From a virus (Duplodnaviria > Caudoviricetes): DNA of 64,000 nt. Positions 39,500-49,346 of the stretch are shown one piece after another. The stretch lies in IMG/VR virus record IMGVR_UViG_3300020151_001109, positions 35,535 to 99,534 of that record. One strand, given 5' to 3'. How positions within the stretch are numbered: position 1 is the stretch's first letter; the number at the start of each line of letters is the position of its first letter. The translations under genes were made by a program, and so were the position numbers. Below the pieces are notes generated by a model. The model saw only the letters and a list, made by a program, of their open reading frames with translations, ran no database searches and was not told the DNA's origin.

Positions 39500-41542
39500 G
39501 TGTTTTCTTTTAAATTGACCGAAGAATTTATTAAATCTTACCGCGGAAAGAAGGTCCCTTGGGGATACGAAGACTGCGCAGGTAACTCTGTTGGTGAGAT
39601 CATCTTTCTTCGTACTTACAGTCGTTTAAAAGCTGATGGGACCAAAGAGACGTGGGTTGATGTCTGCGAGCGGGTTATCAATGGAATGTATTCCCTTCAG
39701 AAAGATCACGCTAAAACTAACCGGCTACCCTGGAATGATGCCAAGGCTCAGTCTTCAGCCAAGGAAGCTTTTGATCGTTTATTCAATCTGAAGTGGACCC
39801 CACCCGGCCGAGGCCTATGGGTTATGGGAACTCCAATTGTTAATGAGCAGCGAAACTCGGCTGCCCTACAAAACTGTGCTTTTGTATCTACAGGTTCTAT
39901 GACCAAGCTTGATCCAGCAAAACCATTCGCTTTCCTTATGGAAGCTTCAATGCTCGGTGTGGGCGTTGGCTTCGACGATAAAGGCGCAGATAAGGAGTTC
40001 ACAATTTATGGGCCACAACCCGACACCGCCCCTATCCTTGTTCCAGATACCCGAGAAGGATGGGTTGAATCAGTTTCGCTCGTCATCAACAGCTACCTTA
40101 AGCCAGATCAGAAGAGCCCAGTATTCGATTACTCACAGATCCGACCAGCCGGTACTCCGATTAAAACCTTTGGTGGAACCGCGGCCGGACACGAGCCGTT
40201 AGAAAAACTTCACAATCACGTTAGATCTATCTTCAAAGGCCGTGCCGGAGAAAAGCTTACCCGTAGAGATATAGCGGATCTTGGAAATCTTATCGGAGTC
40301 TGCGTAGTATCTGGAAACGTACGCCGTTCAGCAGAGCTACTTCTTGGAAGAATTGATGATCAAGACTTCTTGAACCTAAAAAATGCTGACGTATATCCTG
40401 AGCGTAACTCCTATGATCCTAAGTCTCCTGGATGGGGTTGGATGTCCAATAACTCAGTAGAGGTATCCGTTGGAACAGACCTATCCCCAATTATTGACGG
40501 CATCTCCCGAAATGGTGAGCCTGGTGTTGTCTGGATGGACTTAACTCGTAAGTATGGAAGACTGGCCGACCCAGAGAATAACAAAGACTGGCGAGCATCT
40601 GGCTACAATCCTTGCGCAGAACAATCTTTGGAGTCTTTCGAGTGCTGTACGCTTGTAGAAACCTACTTGAATCGTCACGATGATCTTGATGACTTCAAGC
40701 GCACCCTAAAGTTTGCTTATCTATATGCAAAGACCGTAACTCTTATCCCAACACACTGGGAGGAGACTAACGCGATCATGCAACGTAATCGCCGTATCGG
40801 AACCTCTGTATCTGGCGTAGCTAACTTTGCGGATAACAAGGGCCTCCCACTATTACGTACTTGGATGGATGAGGGCTATGCCGTTATTCAGCAATACGAC
40901 AAGTCTTACTCAGAATGGCTTGGAATCCGTGAGTCTATTAAGACCACAACAGTCAAGCCTTCAGGAACGGTATCTATTCTGGCCGGGGAATCTCCTGGAG
41001 TTCACTGGACACCGGGAGGAAAGTTCTTCCTGCGAGCTATCCGCTTCGGTAACTCAGATCCTATGCTTCCGCTATTCAAGATGGCTAAGTATCGTGTTGA
41101 GCCTGCTTCAGAATCCCCAGACACTACGTCCGTAGTGTTCTTCCCGATTAAATCTAACGCTAGGCGTTCCGAGAAGGAAGTCTCAATATACGAAAAGATG
41201 GCGCTCGCAGCAACTGCGCAGCGATACTGGTCCGACAACTCCGTCTCAGTAACCGTCTCATTCAACCCGGAGACTGAAGCATCTTCAATAGGAACTGCTC
41301 TCCATATGTATGACGGACAACTCAAGACTGTCTCGTTCCTCCCAATGACTACTGGGACATACGCCCAAATGCCTTACACTACTAGCAGTGAAGAAGAGTA
41401 TGAAGAGGGTAGAATGAATCTATTCCCAATTGACCTCAAAGGGGTCTACGAAGGAATGGCTTATGACGCAATTGGCGAGGCTTACTGCACAACAGATGCT
41501 TGTGAAGTTAAATTAATTCGAGAGGAAATGAAGAATGTCTAA
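39500..41542 (+). CDS. nrdJ: Class II (B12-dependent) monomeric ribonucleotide reductase
   Basis: RTYSR, PPGRGLW, LQNC, GNVRRSA, NPCAEQSL, TTVKPSGT, C-terminal CTTDAC. Confidence 0.95.
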   Translation: MFSFKLTEEFIKSYRGKKVPWGYEDCAGNSVGEIIFLRTYSRLKADGTKETWVDVCERVINGMYSLQKDHAKTNRLPWNDAKAQSSAKEAFDRLFNLKWTPPGRGLWVMGTPIVNEQRNSAALQNCAFVSTGSMTKLDPAKPFAFLMEASMLGVGVGFDDKGADKEFTIYGPQPDTAPILVPDTREGWVESVSLVINSYLKPDQKSPVFDYSQIRPAGTPIKTFGGTAAGHEPLEKLHNHVRSIFKGRAGEKLTRRDIADLGNLIGVCVVSGNVRRSAELLLGRIDDQDFLNLKNADVYPERNSYDPKSPGWGWMSNNSVEVSVGTDLSPIIDGISRNGEPGVVWMDLTRKYGRLADPENNKDWRASGYNPCAEQSLESFECCTLVETYLNRHDDLDDFKRTLKFAYLYAKTVTLIPTHWEETNAIMQRNRRIGTSVSGVANFADNKGLPLLRTWMDEGYAVIQQYDKSYSEWLGIRESIKTTTVKPSGTVSILAGESPGVHWTPGGKFFLRAIRFGNSDPMLPLFKMAKYRVEPASESPDTTSVVFFPIKSNARRSEKEVSIYEKMALAATAQRYWSDNSVSVTVSFNPETEASSIGTALHMYDGQLKTVSFLPMTTGTYAQMPYTTSSEEEYEEGRMNLFPIDLKGVYEGMAYDAIGEAYCTTDACEVKLIREEMKNV

Positions 41543-41717
41543 TGAAAAAGATCTTCCTGATTGGGACGAAAGTTTTGCAAAAGAACTTAGCCCGGAAGAT
41601 GATGTCGATTTTGCTTTAGAAATTGATGACGAAGACTTTGAAGACTGGGAAGATGACGATTTAGAGGAACTTCTCGAAGATGCTGAAGATATTGAATGGG
41701 ACGACGACGAAGAATAA
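41535..41717 (+). CDS. Extremely acidic 60-aa protein
   Basis: 33 of 60 residues D/E; GAGGA SD. Confidence 0.6.
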   Translation: MSNEKDLPDWDESFAKELSPEDDVDFALEIDDEDFEDWEDDDLEELLEDAEDIEWDDDEE

Positions 41718-41757
41718 GCCTAAGTTTGATTGGGCATACGTATCCGCCGCCGCCAAC

Positions 41758-41807
41758 ACAAACAATTCTTAACTTAAAACCCTTAATTTAAGTTAAGAAT
41801 TGTTTGT
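41758..41807. terminator. Perfect 21-bp inverted repeat at the convergence of the two transcription blocks
   Basis: ACAAACAATTCTTAACTTAAA / TTTAAGTTAAGAATTGTTTGT, 8-nt loop. Confidence 0.75.
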
Positions 41808-42080
41808 TTATTTAATGACATTCTTAAACTCATACTCCTCTTCTGAGCGTATACACTCAAGGCATACGACCTCTTCATCACCGTCTTCATCGGTAAATAC
41901 AAAGAAGGCTTCATCTATAAAGCTACAGTGATCACATATGTGAACTGTTGGATCCCTATCAAATATGTAACAGGCGTGGCATTGAACGCCATCTATATAC
42001 TCATCTGGATAGGTAAGATAATTACCGCAAATACAAAACCCAACGTATCCCGCAGGTAATTCAATTACTGGCTGGCTCAT
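41808..42080 (-). CDS. Cys-rich zinc-binding protein
   Basis: CICG, CHAC, CDHC, CLEC. Confidence 0.6.
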   Translation of the reverse strand: MSQPVIELPAGYVGFCICGNYLTYPDEYIDGVQCHACYIFDRDPTVHICDHCSFIDEAFFVFTDEDGDEEVVCLECIRSEEEYEFKNVIK

Positions 42081-42288
42081 GGCTTTTTTCCTTTTCTTCT
42101 ATCTCCCATACTTCGCTACCCTCAAACTCTAGCGGAGACGGCAGTGTTGGGCAGGAGTCCAATAGCTCAGAGAACTTATTAAATCCCTGATCTTGGGCAT
42201 CCCACATATCATTTGATTCGATTTCTACATCGTAGTAAACAGATGCTTTACATCTAACTGTAAAGGTGGTCATCTTCTTGTTCTCCAT
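42061..42288 (-). CDS. Small acidic hypothetical protein
   Basis: Operon context. Confidence 0.5.
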   Translation of the reverse strand: MENKKMTTFTVRCKASVYYDVEIESNDMWDAQDQGFNKFSELLDSCPTLPSPLEFEGSEVWEIEEKEKSHEPASN

Positions 42289-42487
42289 TCTCTATGAGCT
42301 TCATAGGCTCACCTGTATCGTAGTTATCTACTGAATGTATCATTGTCCAGCCTTCGTTCTTTCTTAGATCGCCGTATTCCCCGGCGTCTATTCTGTCTTG
42401 TATCTCTTCTTGAAGCCCTATAGATGAAACATCTTCAAGCAACATAGAGTAGAACTCAACTTTTTTTACAATAACTTCAACGTTCAC
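42254..42487 (-). CDS. Small acidic hypothetical protein
   Basis: AAGGAG SD. Confidence 0.55.
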   Translation of the reverse strand: MNVEVIVKKVEFYSMLLEDVSSIGLQEEIQDRIDAGEYGDLRKNEGWTMIHSVDNYDTGEPMKLIENGEQEDDHLYS

Positions 42488-42488
42488 T

Positions 42489-42944
42489 TTATTCTCCTTT
42501 CTTCTTAACTGGGGTTAGGGACTTGCCATCTTCCCTGGGCCATAGATAAGGTAAGTCATCTGGCACAGGAAACTTGTAGTGGTTGCTGTCTTTTCTTTTT
42601 AGATTTGATCTGTGGCTTCGGTGAAATCCTCTTTTACCTAACCACCAAGGTCGTTGGAACCTATCGCTTGGTATTTCTTTTGCAAGTTCTTTTGCTTGCT
42701 GTAGACAAGTATCTTGATAACCTAATTTAGTCCACCGATAGCAGATGGCTCGTATATAAAAGTAAAGTTGTCCTTCATATCCGCGCCACATTACAGCAGC
42801 TGGGTGGTTTCTCCAACCTTGAGTCTTACCTAGGTTAGCTTTAAGTATCTGTAAAGCTTCTACTCGTTGTTTTCCAAGTCGTTTTACATCTAAGGCTTCT
42901 GCTGATTTATCGTAGTCTGAAAATGGTAGAAATGTATTAACCAT
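42489..42944 (-). CDS. Pyrimidine-dimer DNA glycosylase / endonuclease V-like (MSMEG_6728-like)
   Basis: TFLP..D...SA..LD.KRLGKQRVEALQIL, W.NHPA..MWRGY, FHRSHRSNL.RKD. Confidence 0.85.
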   Translation of the reverse strand: MVNTFLPFSDYDKSAEALDVKRLGKQRVEALQILKANLGKTQGWRNHPAAVMWRGYEGQLYFYIRAICYRWTKLGYQDTCLQQAKELAKEIPSDRFQRPWWLGKRGFHRSHRSNLKRKDSNHYKFPVPDDLPYLWPREDGKSLTPVKKKGE

Positions 42945-43053
42945 CTTTACTCCAACAATCTGGGCAAGAAGTTACCATACGGACTTGTTCTTCTTTGTGC
43001 GGTTCTTCGTAAGAATCTCCGGCACAGTTTAAACAGATAAACAATATGCTCAT
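42937..43053 (-). CDS. 38-aa zinc-ribbon microprotein (not in ORF track)
   Basis: CLNC...CPDC; AGGA SD. Confidence 0.5.
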   Translation of the reverse strand: MSILFICLNCAGDSYEEPHKEEQVRMVTSCPDCWSKDG

Positions 43054-43057
43054 GTTT

Positions 43058-43309
43058 TTATCCTATACTGATGCCTTCTTTTTTAGCATCGTAGCCGACT
43101 TCTTTTAGGTTTTTTCTGATCTCCAAGATAGTTCGTCTATCTTTAGTTCTGCCTGAAGATAAGATTACTTGTTGTTTAGTTTGATTATTAAATACACGAA
43201 CGTGACCACGTGTAGTTACAGTTACTGAGAGCCCTGATTTTTGTAGGGATCTTACTAGTTTTCTCATGTTTTTATCTTTAAGTGCAAGAGCTGCAAAGTA
43301 AAGTTGCAT
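43058..43309 (-). CDS. HicA-like dsRBD-fold protein
   Basis: LVRSLQKSG.....TRGHVRV ... IRKNLKEVG. Confidence 0.5.
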   Translation of the reverse strand: MQLYFAALALKDKNMRKLVRSLQKSGLSVTVTTRGHVRVFNNQTKQQVILSSGRTKDRRTILEIRKNLKEVGYDAKKEGISIG

Positions 43310-43377
43310 GGGTGGTTTCCTCCTTTCTTATGCTGTGATATAGTTATGACACTCTGAAGAGAGTATCTCTGTCGAGA

Positions 43378-43425
43378 GAAAAACAGCCCCGCAAGGTATT
43401 TTCTGGATACCTTGCGGGGTTGTTT
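43378..43425 (-). terminator. Intrinsic terminator (leftward)
   Basis: CCCCGCAAGGTAT / ATACCTTGCGGGG stem followed by TGTTTTT on the minus strand. Confidence 0.7.
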
Positions 43426-43436
43426 GTGTTGGTGTG

Positions 43437-43628
43437 CTACTCAGGGACTTCTTCACATTCGAGTACTTTTATGTACTCACCCGGGCGAAGATACTCATCA
43501 TTAAGCGCGGTACGTATGAATTGGTCATAGAACCATAAGTCCCAGTTATGCTCTGCAGCATAGGGTGGTTCTATACGTCCTTCGTATACGCATACTTCAA
43601 ACGTTAGTTGAAGCTTTACCATTGCCAT
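43437..43628 (-). CDS. Hypothetical protein
   Basis: GGGAG SD. Confidence 0.5.
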   Translation of the reverse strand: MAMVKLQLTFEVCVYEGRIEPPYAAEHNWDLWFYDQFIRTALNDEYLRPGEYIKVLECEEVPE

Positions 43629-43631
43629 AGA

Positions 43632-44315
43632 TTACTCCCTTTCGTTGTCATCACCCCCATCTGACAAACCCAACCATAGATCTTGGAATTTGCCGAGATG
43701 AAGACTAATTTCCCTGAAGCTGCTGTCGTATTGACCGCGATTTTTAATCTCGCCGTTCATTCCTATAGCCCAGCCGCAGGTATTTTCTGAAGGAGCTTCG
43801 ATATCGAAGCTATAATGAAACATGATCTTTGGAAAGTCAATGCTCATTTTGTGGTAGATTCCACTTGGTGGTTTAATACAGGTATCAAATTCGAACACAG
43901 CTATTTTTTCTGGCTTTAGGTCGGTTCTGATTTTAATAGGTAGTCCTTTAAGTACTGGTTCGGTTAGTACGTGAGTAGCTACCTTAACATTGATTGGTTC
44001 TTTCGGGCTAGTCCAGTGTTCCTGTTTAAAGGCATAAGCGTCAAGAGCTTTGTACTTTTCCAGGACACTGGGCTTTATATTCAGGGGATTGAATGTCTTT
44101 AGCTCGTCAGGTATTGGCTTAACTTTGTTAAAGCTTAACTCCTTTGAGCCATCAGATAGGTATTGTATTACCAAGTCGACGTCAGCTATTGAGCCGATCA
44201 TAACCAGTTGGTTTTTACAGTCATAGTCAGAATGCCTATCTAGTTCAATCTGACAGTGACGCCGTTGCTCCTCCTCGGTTTTGCGGAGTTCAGCTCTTTG
44301 TTCATCATTCATCTT
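43632..44315 (-). CDS. DUF1281/YubB-like ferredoxin-fold protein
   Basis: CKNQL, LSFNKVKPIPDEL, HW, FEFDT...PP, DFP. Confidence 0.5.
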   Translation of the reverse strand, partial: KMNDEQRAELRKTEEEQRRHCQIELDRHSDYDCKNQLVMIGSIADVDLVIQYLSDGSKELSFNKVKPIPDELKTFNPLNIKPSVLEKYKALDAYAFKQEHWTSPKEPINVKVATHVLTEPVLKGLPIKIRTDLKPEKIAVFEFDTCIKPPSGIYHKMSIDFPKIMFHYSFDIEAPSENTCGWAIGMNGEIKNRGQYDSSFREISLHLGKFQDLWLGLSDGGDDNERE

Positions 44316-44574
44316 CATAGCCCCTCTCGGCTTTGTGTTTTTGTATGATTGCGGTCTCATAGGATTTGATTCTTTCTGTAGACCAGGTTAGCATTTCCAT
44401 TAACTTACCCTCATCTTCGATGGAGTCAACTAGAAATGCATTCATTGCACAGATCTGTTCTAATGCCATAGCTTTGAACGGTGCAGGTATTTTTGAGATG
44501 TCATAGTCTAAGTTGACATCTGTTAAGCTTGACAATGAGAAGTCATCCTCATCGTCATCATCGTGGTCGTGCAT
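44305..44574 (-). CDS. Acidic hypothetical protein
   Basis: AAGGAGG SD. Confidence 0.55.
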   Translation of the reverse strand: MHDHDDDDEDDFSLSSLTDVNLDYDISKIPAPFKAMALEQICAMNAFLVDSIEDEGKLMEMLTWSTERIKSYETAIIQKHKAERGYEDE

Positions 44575-44583
44575 GTTGCCTCC

Positions 44584-45153
44584 TTAATCGATCTGTTGGA
44601 CGATATTGAATTGATCTTTAAAACTAGGGATTAAAGAAGGCAAGTCCGAATAGAACTTGGCATCTATAAACTCATCGTCTGACTGATCAAACAAAGATAT
44701 GTATTGACATATTCTTTGATAACGGCTTGGATTGACATTACCTTTATTATCACTAGATGACAAAAAGGCTTGCTTTACCGCTTCGTGGAGCTTGCGCTTG
44801 TTTGTGTTGGCTTCTGACTTTTTGTAGGGATAGCCTTCTACTCGATGTAAGTTAATTCTTACGTCTATAGTTGCATCTGGTCTAGCGTAGTCATAGTGAT
44901 AGTGATAGTCAAACTTTAAGGCACCATCTTTATGAGATTGAGTTAACTGGTTAAGCACTGCTTCCCAGTTTGCCTCCATCCACACTACAACATCTGTTCC
45001 GCTAACTACCCCTTCGTCTTGAACTTCAAGGTGTTTTACTTCTTTGTAGGCTTCTTCTAACCACACCTTGTTATCTCTTAGCTTTTCGAGTATATTAACT
45101 CGTCGAACTAAGAACGGAGATGCTTCTATCTTCTTGGTTGCTGATGCCATCAT
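44584..45153 (-). CDS. Hypothetical protein
   Basis: GAGGAGG SD. Confidence 0.6.
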   Translation of the reverse strand: MMASATKKIEASPFLVRRVNILEKLRDNKVWLEEAYKEVKHLEVQDEGVVSGTDVVVWMEANWEAVLNQLTQSHKDGALKFDYHYHYDYARPDATIDVRINLHRVEGYPYKKSEANTNKRKLHEAVKQAFLSSSDNKGNVNPSRYQRICQYISLFDQSDDEFIDAKFYSDLPSLIPSFKDQFNIVQQID

Positions 45154-45346
45154 CTACCTCCTCTATAGTTTTAGATGTATTGTTCAAGAACCATTCTGTT
45201 GGGCTACACGCTTGGTGTATATCAAAGACTAGTCCTCTCTCATTAAGCCAATCGCTTGCCTCCATAGAGAAGGCAAGCGCTTGGTCTTCAGTTTCAAACG
45301 GTCCAACGCATTCCTGCGTTAGGAGATCAAGAGCTATGTAACTCAT
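45095..45346 (-). CDS. Hypothetical protein
   Basis: VGPFETEDQA motif; GGGGAG SD. Confidence 0.5.
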   Translation of the reverse strand: MSYIALDLLTQECVGPFETEDQALAFSMEASDWLNERGLVFDIHQACSPTEWFLNNTSKTIEEVDDGISNQEDRSISVLSSTS

Positions 45347-45348
45347 GA

Positions 45349-45807
45349 TTACTCCCCATGCTTTTCTACTAGTTGCTCATACATGTCGAGATTTATAAGA
45401 GCAGCTGCTAAGCCGCCTTCAGCTACCTCTTTACGTGTGGGGTATTCGACTTCGCCATCTGACATCTCGCTCATCATTGTTGCTTTGCCGATTGCCATTA
45501 ACACTGGGTGTGCTTCGCGGAGTGACATACCGCGAGTCAACGCTTCCTTACAGCGATTACTATTACGGTATTCGCCATCGAAGTAGTATTGAGAAGCCGC
45601 GATAGCATACAGACCTACCGCTAAGTTTGGGTTGGAAGAGTTTGTAACAACATCATCCGCCAACTCAAGCCACCAGTCAGGGTCATACTTTGTGAAGTTA
45701 GCATAGTCACAGAAGACTGGTTTGTAATCAATCAATACAATCATCTGCGCTATGTCTGCTTTCGCAGCATCTTTGCCTAACGCCTTGTCTAGAATTTCTC
45801 TAAACAT
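45349..45807 (-). CDS. Hypothetical protein
   Basis: GGGAGG SD. Confidence 0.6.
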   Translation of the reverse strand: MFREILDKALGKDAAKADIAQMIVLIDYKPVFCDYANFTKYDPDWWLELADDVVTNSSNPNLAVGLYAIAASQYYFDGEYRNSNRCKEALTRGMSLREAHPVLMAIGKATMMSEMSDGEVEYPTRKEVAEGGLAAALINLDMYEQLVEKHGE

Positions 45808-45820
45808 TGCTTTACCTCCC

Positions 45821-47794
45821 TTAGTTACCTAATTTGCGCTTTTTAATAGCGCCTACAACCACCGCTTTGGCAAGTTGTAGTAGATCTTTACCACCATTTA
45901 CACGGGAAAACAGTTCAGCACCATGGCTGAAGTCAGTCTTATCTCTAAGTGTTTGAGCGCTCTGATTTCTAGCAACAGACTCTAGATAGGATTGCTCATC
46001 CATTATTAGCACCATGACTGTAAGCACACCGCGTTTTGCTAGTCGCTCAATAATTGGGTTGTTTTGCTTACTGTCAAACTGACCGTCAGTAATCAAGAAC
46101 AACATTTTATTTGGGCGAGTAGACATCATAAAAGTCTTTTCTGATAGGATCAAGGACTGGTATGGATCTGTGCCGCCTTGACCATGAATAAACTTGTATG
46201 CTGTTCGGGCTGCTTTATCCTGCTTTCTATATGCAATTTCGTTCTTATCATCAAAGGCATAGACTGTTACAGAACAGTCAATGCTTTCCAAAGCACGCTT
46301 GACAGTCCAGCATGCTACTGATGCTTTTCTGTCGTTAGCTCCTGAGCTCATTGAAGATGATCGGTCGATAAGAATGACTGCCTCAATATTGGTTGAGTCA
46401 TCTCCTGTAGACCACGAATCGAATGCCTTATCAACATCACATCCACGCATAACGCGTGGCATGTTGAGTTTGCCAGCAACAGTTTCTCTTTCCCAGGCGG
46501 GCTCAGAGTCATCCTTTAGCTTTCGCAGTTCATTTGCAAACTTACGATAGTCAAGTAATGCTCTAGCAGGCACTGGGGCACTGGAGAATTTGCCTAGTTC
46601 AGAGTTATCGTCCCAGTTTTCATCACCATGGACAATAATGTTCTGTTTGCGTTTGACATCCTTAATAACATCCTTGCGGTTGTATATAGTCTGAATGTCT
46701 TGCTCCAAAAGGTTGTTTAGATCTTTAGGTAAACCGCCTTGACTCTTAACGTGAGAGTTACCCCAGGTATTGAGTTGAGTTGGCTTTTCCTTGTTCTCTT
46801 CGCGCTTTTGTAGCATTTCTTCTTGCGTCATAGATATTTCGGTATGTGTTTGTGTTGGGGGAGGAGTTCCATTGTTGGCACCCTCACCCGGTTGAGACTC
46901 ACCTTGTTGTGGTATAGGTTGAGACTCACCTGGAAAACAACCACCTTGTTGTGGCTGTGATCCTTGCGTTGTTTCTACCGGCTCCTTAGGTATGTAGAAT
47001 GACTCAGGCTTACCCATCGTAGATGCAATTCGTCCATCACGTTCTTGAGCTTTGCCTGGTTCAGGTCTACCTTTTTTGATTGGCGAACGAGCATCACAAC
47101 TTCCAAGACCACATTGAGGTGGTATATCCATTTGTGAAATAATCAACTCATGAAACTCTTTGACTAGTTTTTCTGCTCGTTTGTAGTCCCTAGGGAATGC
47201 TAAGCACCGATACTCATTCGTAATGCGTTGAATATCAGGGATTAGCTCGGGCTTGTAGAACAAGTCCCGAAATGCTTCGCGTATTTTTACGTTGATATGC
47301 CTACGACCAGCGATAAGCGGATAGTTAGTAAACGCAGCTTCGGGTGTAGTCTGCAACCAGATTAAGGCAGCAGATTGAAGATACGGACTAACACTGGGAT
47401 ATCTAGCACAGAGTAATGACTCGATGCGTTGATCTTCCAGTATGTTAAAGGATGTATAGTAACCTTGCTCTATTACATACTTCAGCAATGTAGTGCCTTC
47501 GCGGGGCGTATAGAAATGATGAGCTAGCTCGTGGTAATTTAACCCCGATACTTTGGTCAGCATCTCTAGTGATATCTCGCCGATGTGCTTTTGATTGATG
47601 TAGATATTCTCACCATCAGACCAGGTTACTGCTGGGCCATCCTCTACAACGTGAACGTTGATTGGATCGCCTGTCAGGATTCGGTCAGCACCTTCGTATA
47701 CTCGAGACAATGCAGATAATTGTAACGACCTCATCTGCATAGCCTCTTCACGAGCATTACCGTTTGTTAATATATTTTTATCTATATACGGCAT
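45821..47794 (-). CDS. vWA-domain protein with N-terminal HExxH domain (CobT-like partner of AAA+)
   Basis: YHELAHH...FNILEDQRIE; MIDAS IDRSSSM, GGT, LITDG. Confidence 0.85.
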   Translation of the reverse strand: MPYIDKNILTNGNAREEAMQMRSLQLSALSRVYEGADRILTGDPINVHVVEDGPAVTWSDGENIYINQKHIGEISLEMLTKVSGLNYHELAHHFYTPREGTTLLKYVIEQGYYTSFNILEDQRIESLLCARYPSVSPYLQSAALIWLQTTPEAAFTNYPLIAGRRHINVKIREAFRDLFYKPELIPDIQRITNEYRCLAFPRDYKRAEKLVKEFHELIISQMDIPPQCGLGSCDARSPIKKGRPEPGKAQERDGRIASTMGKPESFYIPKEPVETTQGSQPQQGGCFPGESQPIPQQGESQPGEGANNGTPPPTQTHTEISMTQEEMLQKREENKEKPTQLNTWGNSHVKSQGGLPKDLNNLLEQDIQTIYNRKDVIKDVKRKQNIIVHGDENWDDNSELGKFSSAPVPARALLDYRKFANELRKLKDDSEPAWERETVAGKLNMPRVMRGCDVDKAFDSWSTGDDSTNIEAVILIDRSSSMSSGANDRKASVACWTVKRALESIDCSVTVYAFDDKNEIAYRKQDKAARTAYKFIHGQGGTDPYQSLILSEKTFMMSTRPNKMLFLITDGQFDSKQNNPIIERLAKRGVLTVMVLIMDEQSYLESVARNQSAQTLRDKTDFSHGAELFSRVNGGKDLLQLAKAVVVGAIKKRKLGN

Positions 47795-47808
47795 GTTGTT
47801 TACCTACT

Positions 47809-49233
47809 CTAGTTCGTGTTCTTTGATTGTAGCCACGCATCAACTTCTTCGCTGATACTTTCTACACCATCAGTTGATTCACTTGGGGTAACTTCATTTA
47901 GATTGAAGTCTTCCTTGATGTTGAAATCATGAGTCATAAGAACTAATGCAACCTTTTCTTGCTCTTCCTTATCGAAGTGGGCAACAAAGTTAGCAATAGC
48001 GAACTCATAATTAAACGGAATGATTTGCTCTAGCTCCATCAACATATTAGTTGAGATAGGAGTTTCGAACTCACCTTTAGCTGCTTCAGTGCGTAGTTGC
48101 TTAGCAATTACGAGAAGAGCTTTTGACTTGATTAGCTTGGCTTCTACTTCATCGTCATAGTCCCAAGGGATTTGAACGCTGAAACGGTTACGCATCGCAA
48201 AGTTGAGAGGCGTAGTGCCGATATACTCTGGATTCATTGTGGCAAAGATAGTCAGGTCTGGATGAGCCTGGATAGTCTCGCCGTGGTGATCCAATAGAAT
48301 CAAGCAACGTCGTCCGTCAAGGAGTGAATAGAGAATTGTGTAGATTTTTGGAGAGATGAAGTTCAACTCATCGAGAATTAGAACACCACCATTACGAACT
48401 ACGTCAGTAATTGGACCGTCAATCCACTCAAAGCCACCGCTACCATCCGGTACATATTTACCGATTAGTTGGCTTGGCTCGAGAGCAGCATTGCCAGACA
48501 CAGCTGCAAGACGCAGTTGATTTTTAGCAGCCCACGCAACAATAGATGTTGTCTTACCAGGACCGGTAGGGCCGTAGATAAGAACTTCTCGCTTTGAGGC
48601 TCGTGCATAATCGAATACGGTAAAGTCAAGAACATTACCCGTTAGTTTGCGGTTAACATAGTTGTTTGCGTATTCAATTGGGGGAATACTTGCCAGGGCG
48701 ATCTTGAGATTGCCAGATGAATTAACCATCTCTTCACTCAAGTCTTCCTCGACAGCAGGCGCTGCCTCGGATGTTTGTGTTGGCTGTGTAATGAATGGCG
48801 TCTCGATAGAAGAACCATCTCTTTGGCGTCGTAAATCAGTAACATAGTCTTCCAATGTTGGATCACATACTGCAACTCTATCAATGAGAGCACTGATTCG
48901 TTGCTGCACTGAACCAAACTCTTCATCCTTTGGAGCCTTGTCATAAGCAGCCATTGCCTTGGTAGACAATACTGGAGACCAACCGTTTTCACGGAGAGCC
49001 TCTTCGTCTGCTGAAGTGACGTGGATACCAACAGGCTGAACAGTTAGGAATTCATTAGGAGACATAGCTGTATACAGTTCACTAACTGTTGTTTCGTCCC
49101 AGCGCTTGCCGGTAACTCCGTCAGTTAGTCTTGTATATACACGAGTAGATCCATCGTATGGGACAACAAGTATTTGACGCTTGCTCTCACTCATAGATGG
49201 TTCATAGGTCTCTACGAACATCGCTATATTCAT
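47809..49233 (-). CDS. MoxR/CbbQ/CobS-type AAA+ ATPase
   Basis: GPTGPGKT, WIDGP, LILDE, ATMNPEY.GT..LN.A..NRF. Confidence 0.9.
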   Translation of the reverse strand: MNIAMFVETYEPSMSESKRQILVVPYDGSTRVYTRLTDGVTGKRWDETTVSELYTAMSPNEFLTVQPVGIHVTSADEEALRENGWSPVLSTKAMAAYDKAPKDEEFGSVQQRISALIDRVAVCDPTLEDYVTDLRRQRDGSSIETPFITQPTQTSEAAPAVEEDLSEEMVNSSGNLKIALASIPPIEYANNYVNRKLTGNVLDFTVFDYARASKREVLIYGPTGPGKTTSIVAWAAKNQLRLAAVSGNAALEPSQLIGKYVPDGSGGFEWIDGPITDVVRNGGVLILDELNFISPKIYTILYSLLDGRRCLILLDHHGETIQAHPDLTIFATMNPEYIGTTPLNFAMRNRFSVQIPWDYDDEVEAKLIKSKALLVIAKQLRTEAAKGEFETPISTNMLMELEQIIPFNYEFAIANFVAHFDKEEQEKVALVLMTHDFNIKEDFNLNEVTPSESTDGVESISEEVDAWLQSKNTN

Positions 49234-49294
49234 TTGCCTTTTCCCTTTCAGTTAATACTGCACACGATGTGCAGCTCACCGTTTTACCGGCTAG

Positions 49295-49337
49295 TGTGCT
49301 AGACAAGAATCGAACTTGTCAATAGCCCAGGTAGCAC
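49295..49337 (-). ncRNA. tRNA minihelix-like element (acceptor + T arm only)
   Basis: GTGCTA-11nt-GACAAG TTCGATT CTTGTC-TAGCAC-A: 12-bp coaxial helix with a canonical T loop. Confidence 0.45.
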
Positions 49338-49346
49338 TGAAAGGAG

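Noticed and set aside
45821-49233. Cobalamin-synthesis auxiliary genes cobS/cobT supporting the B12 RNR
   Set aside because: MoxR-type AAA+/vWA pairs are common phage chaperone modules; no cobN or other cob genes present
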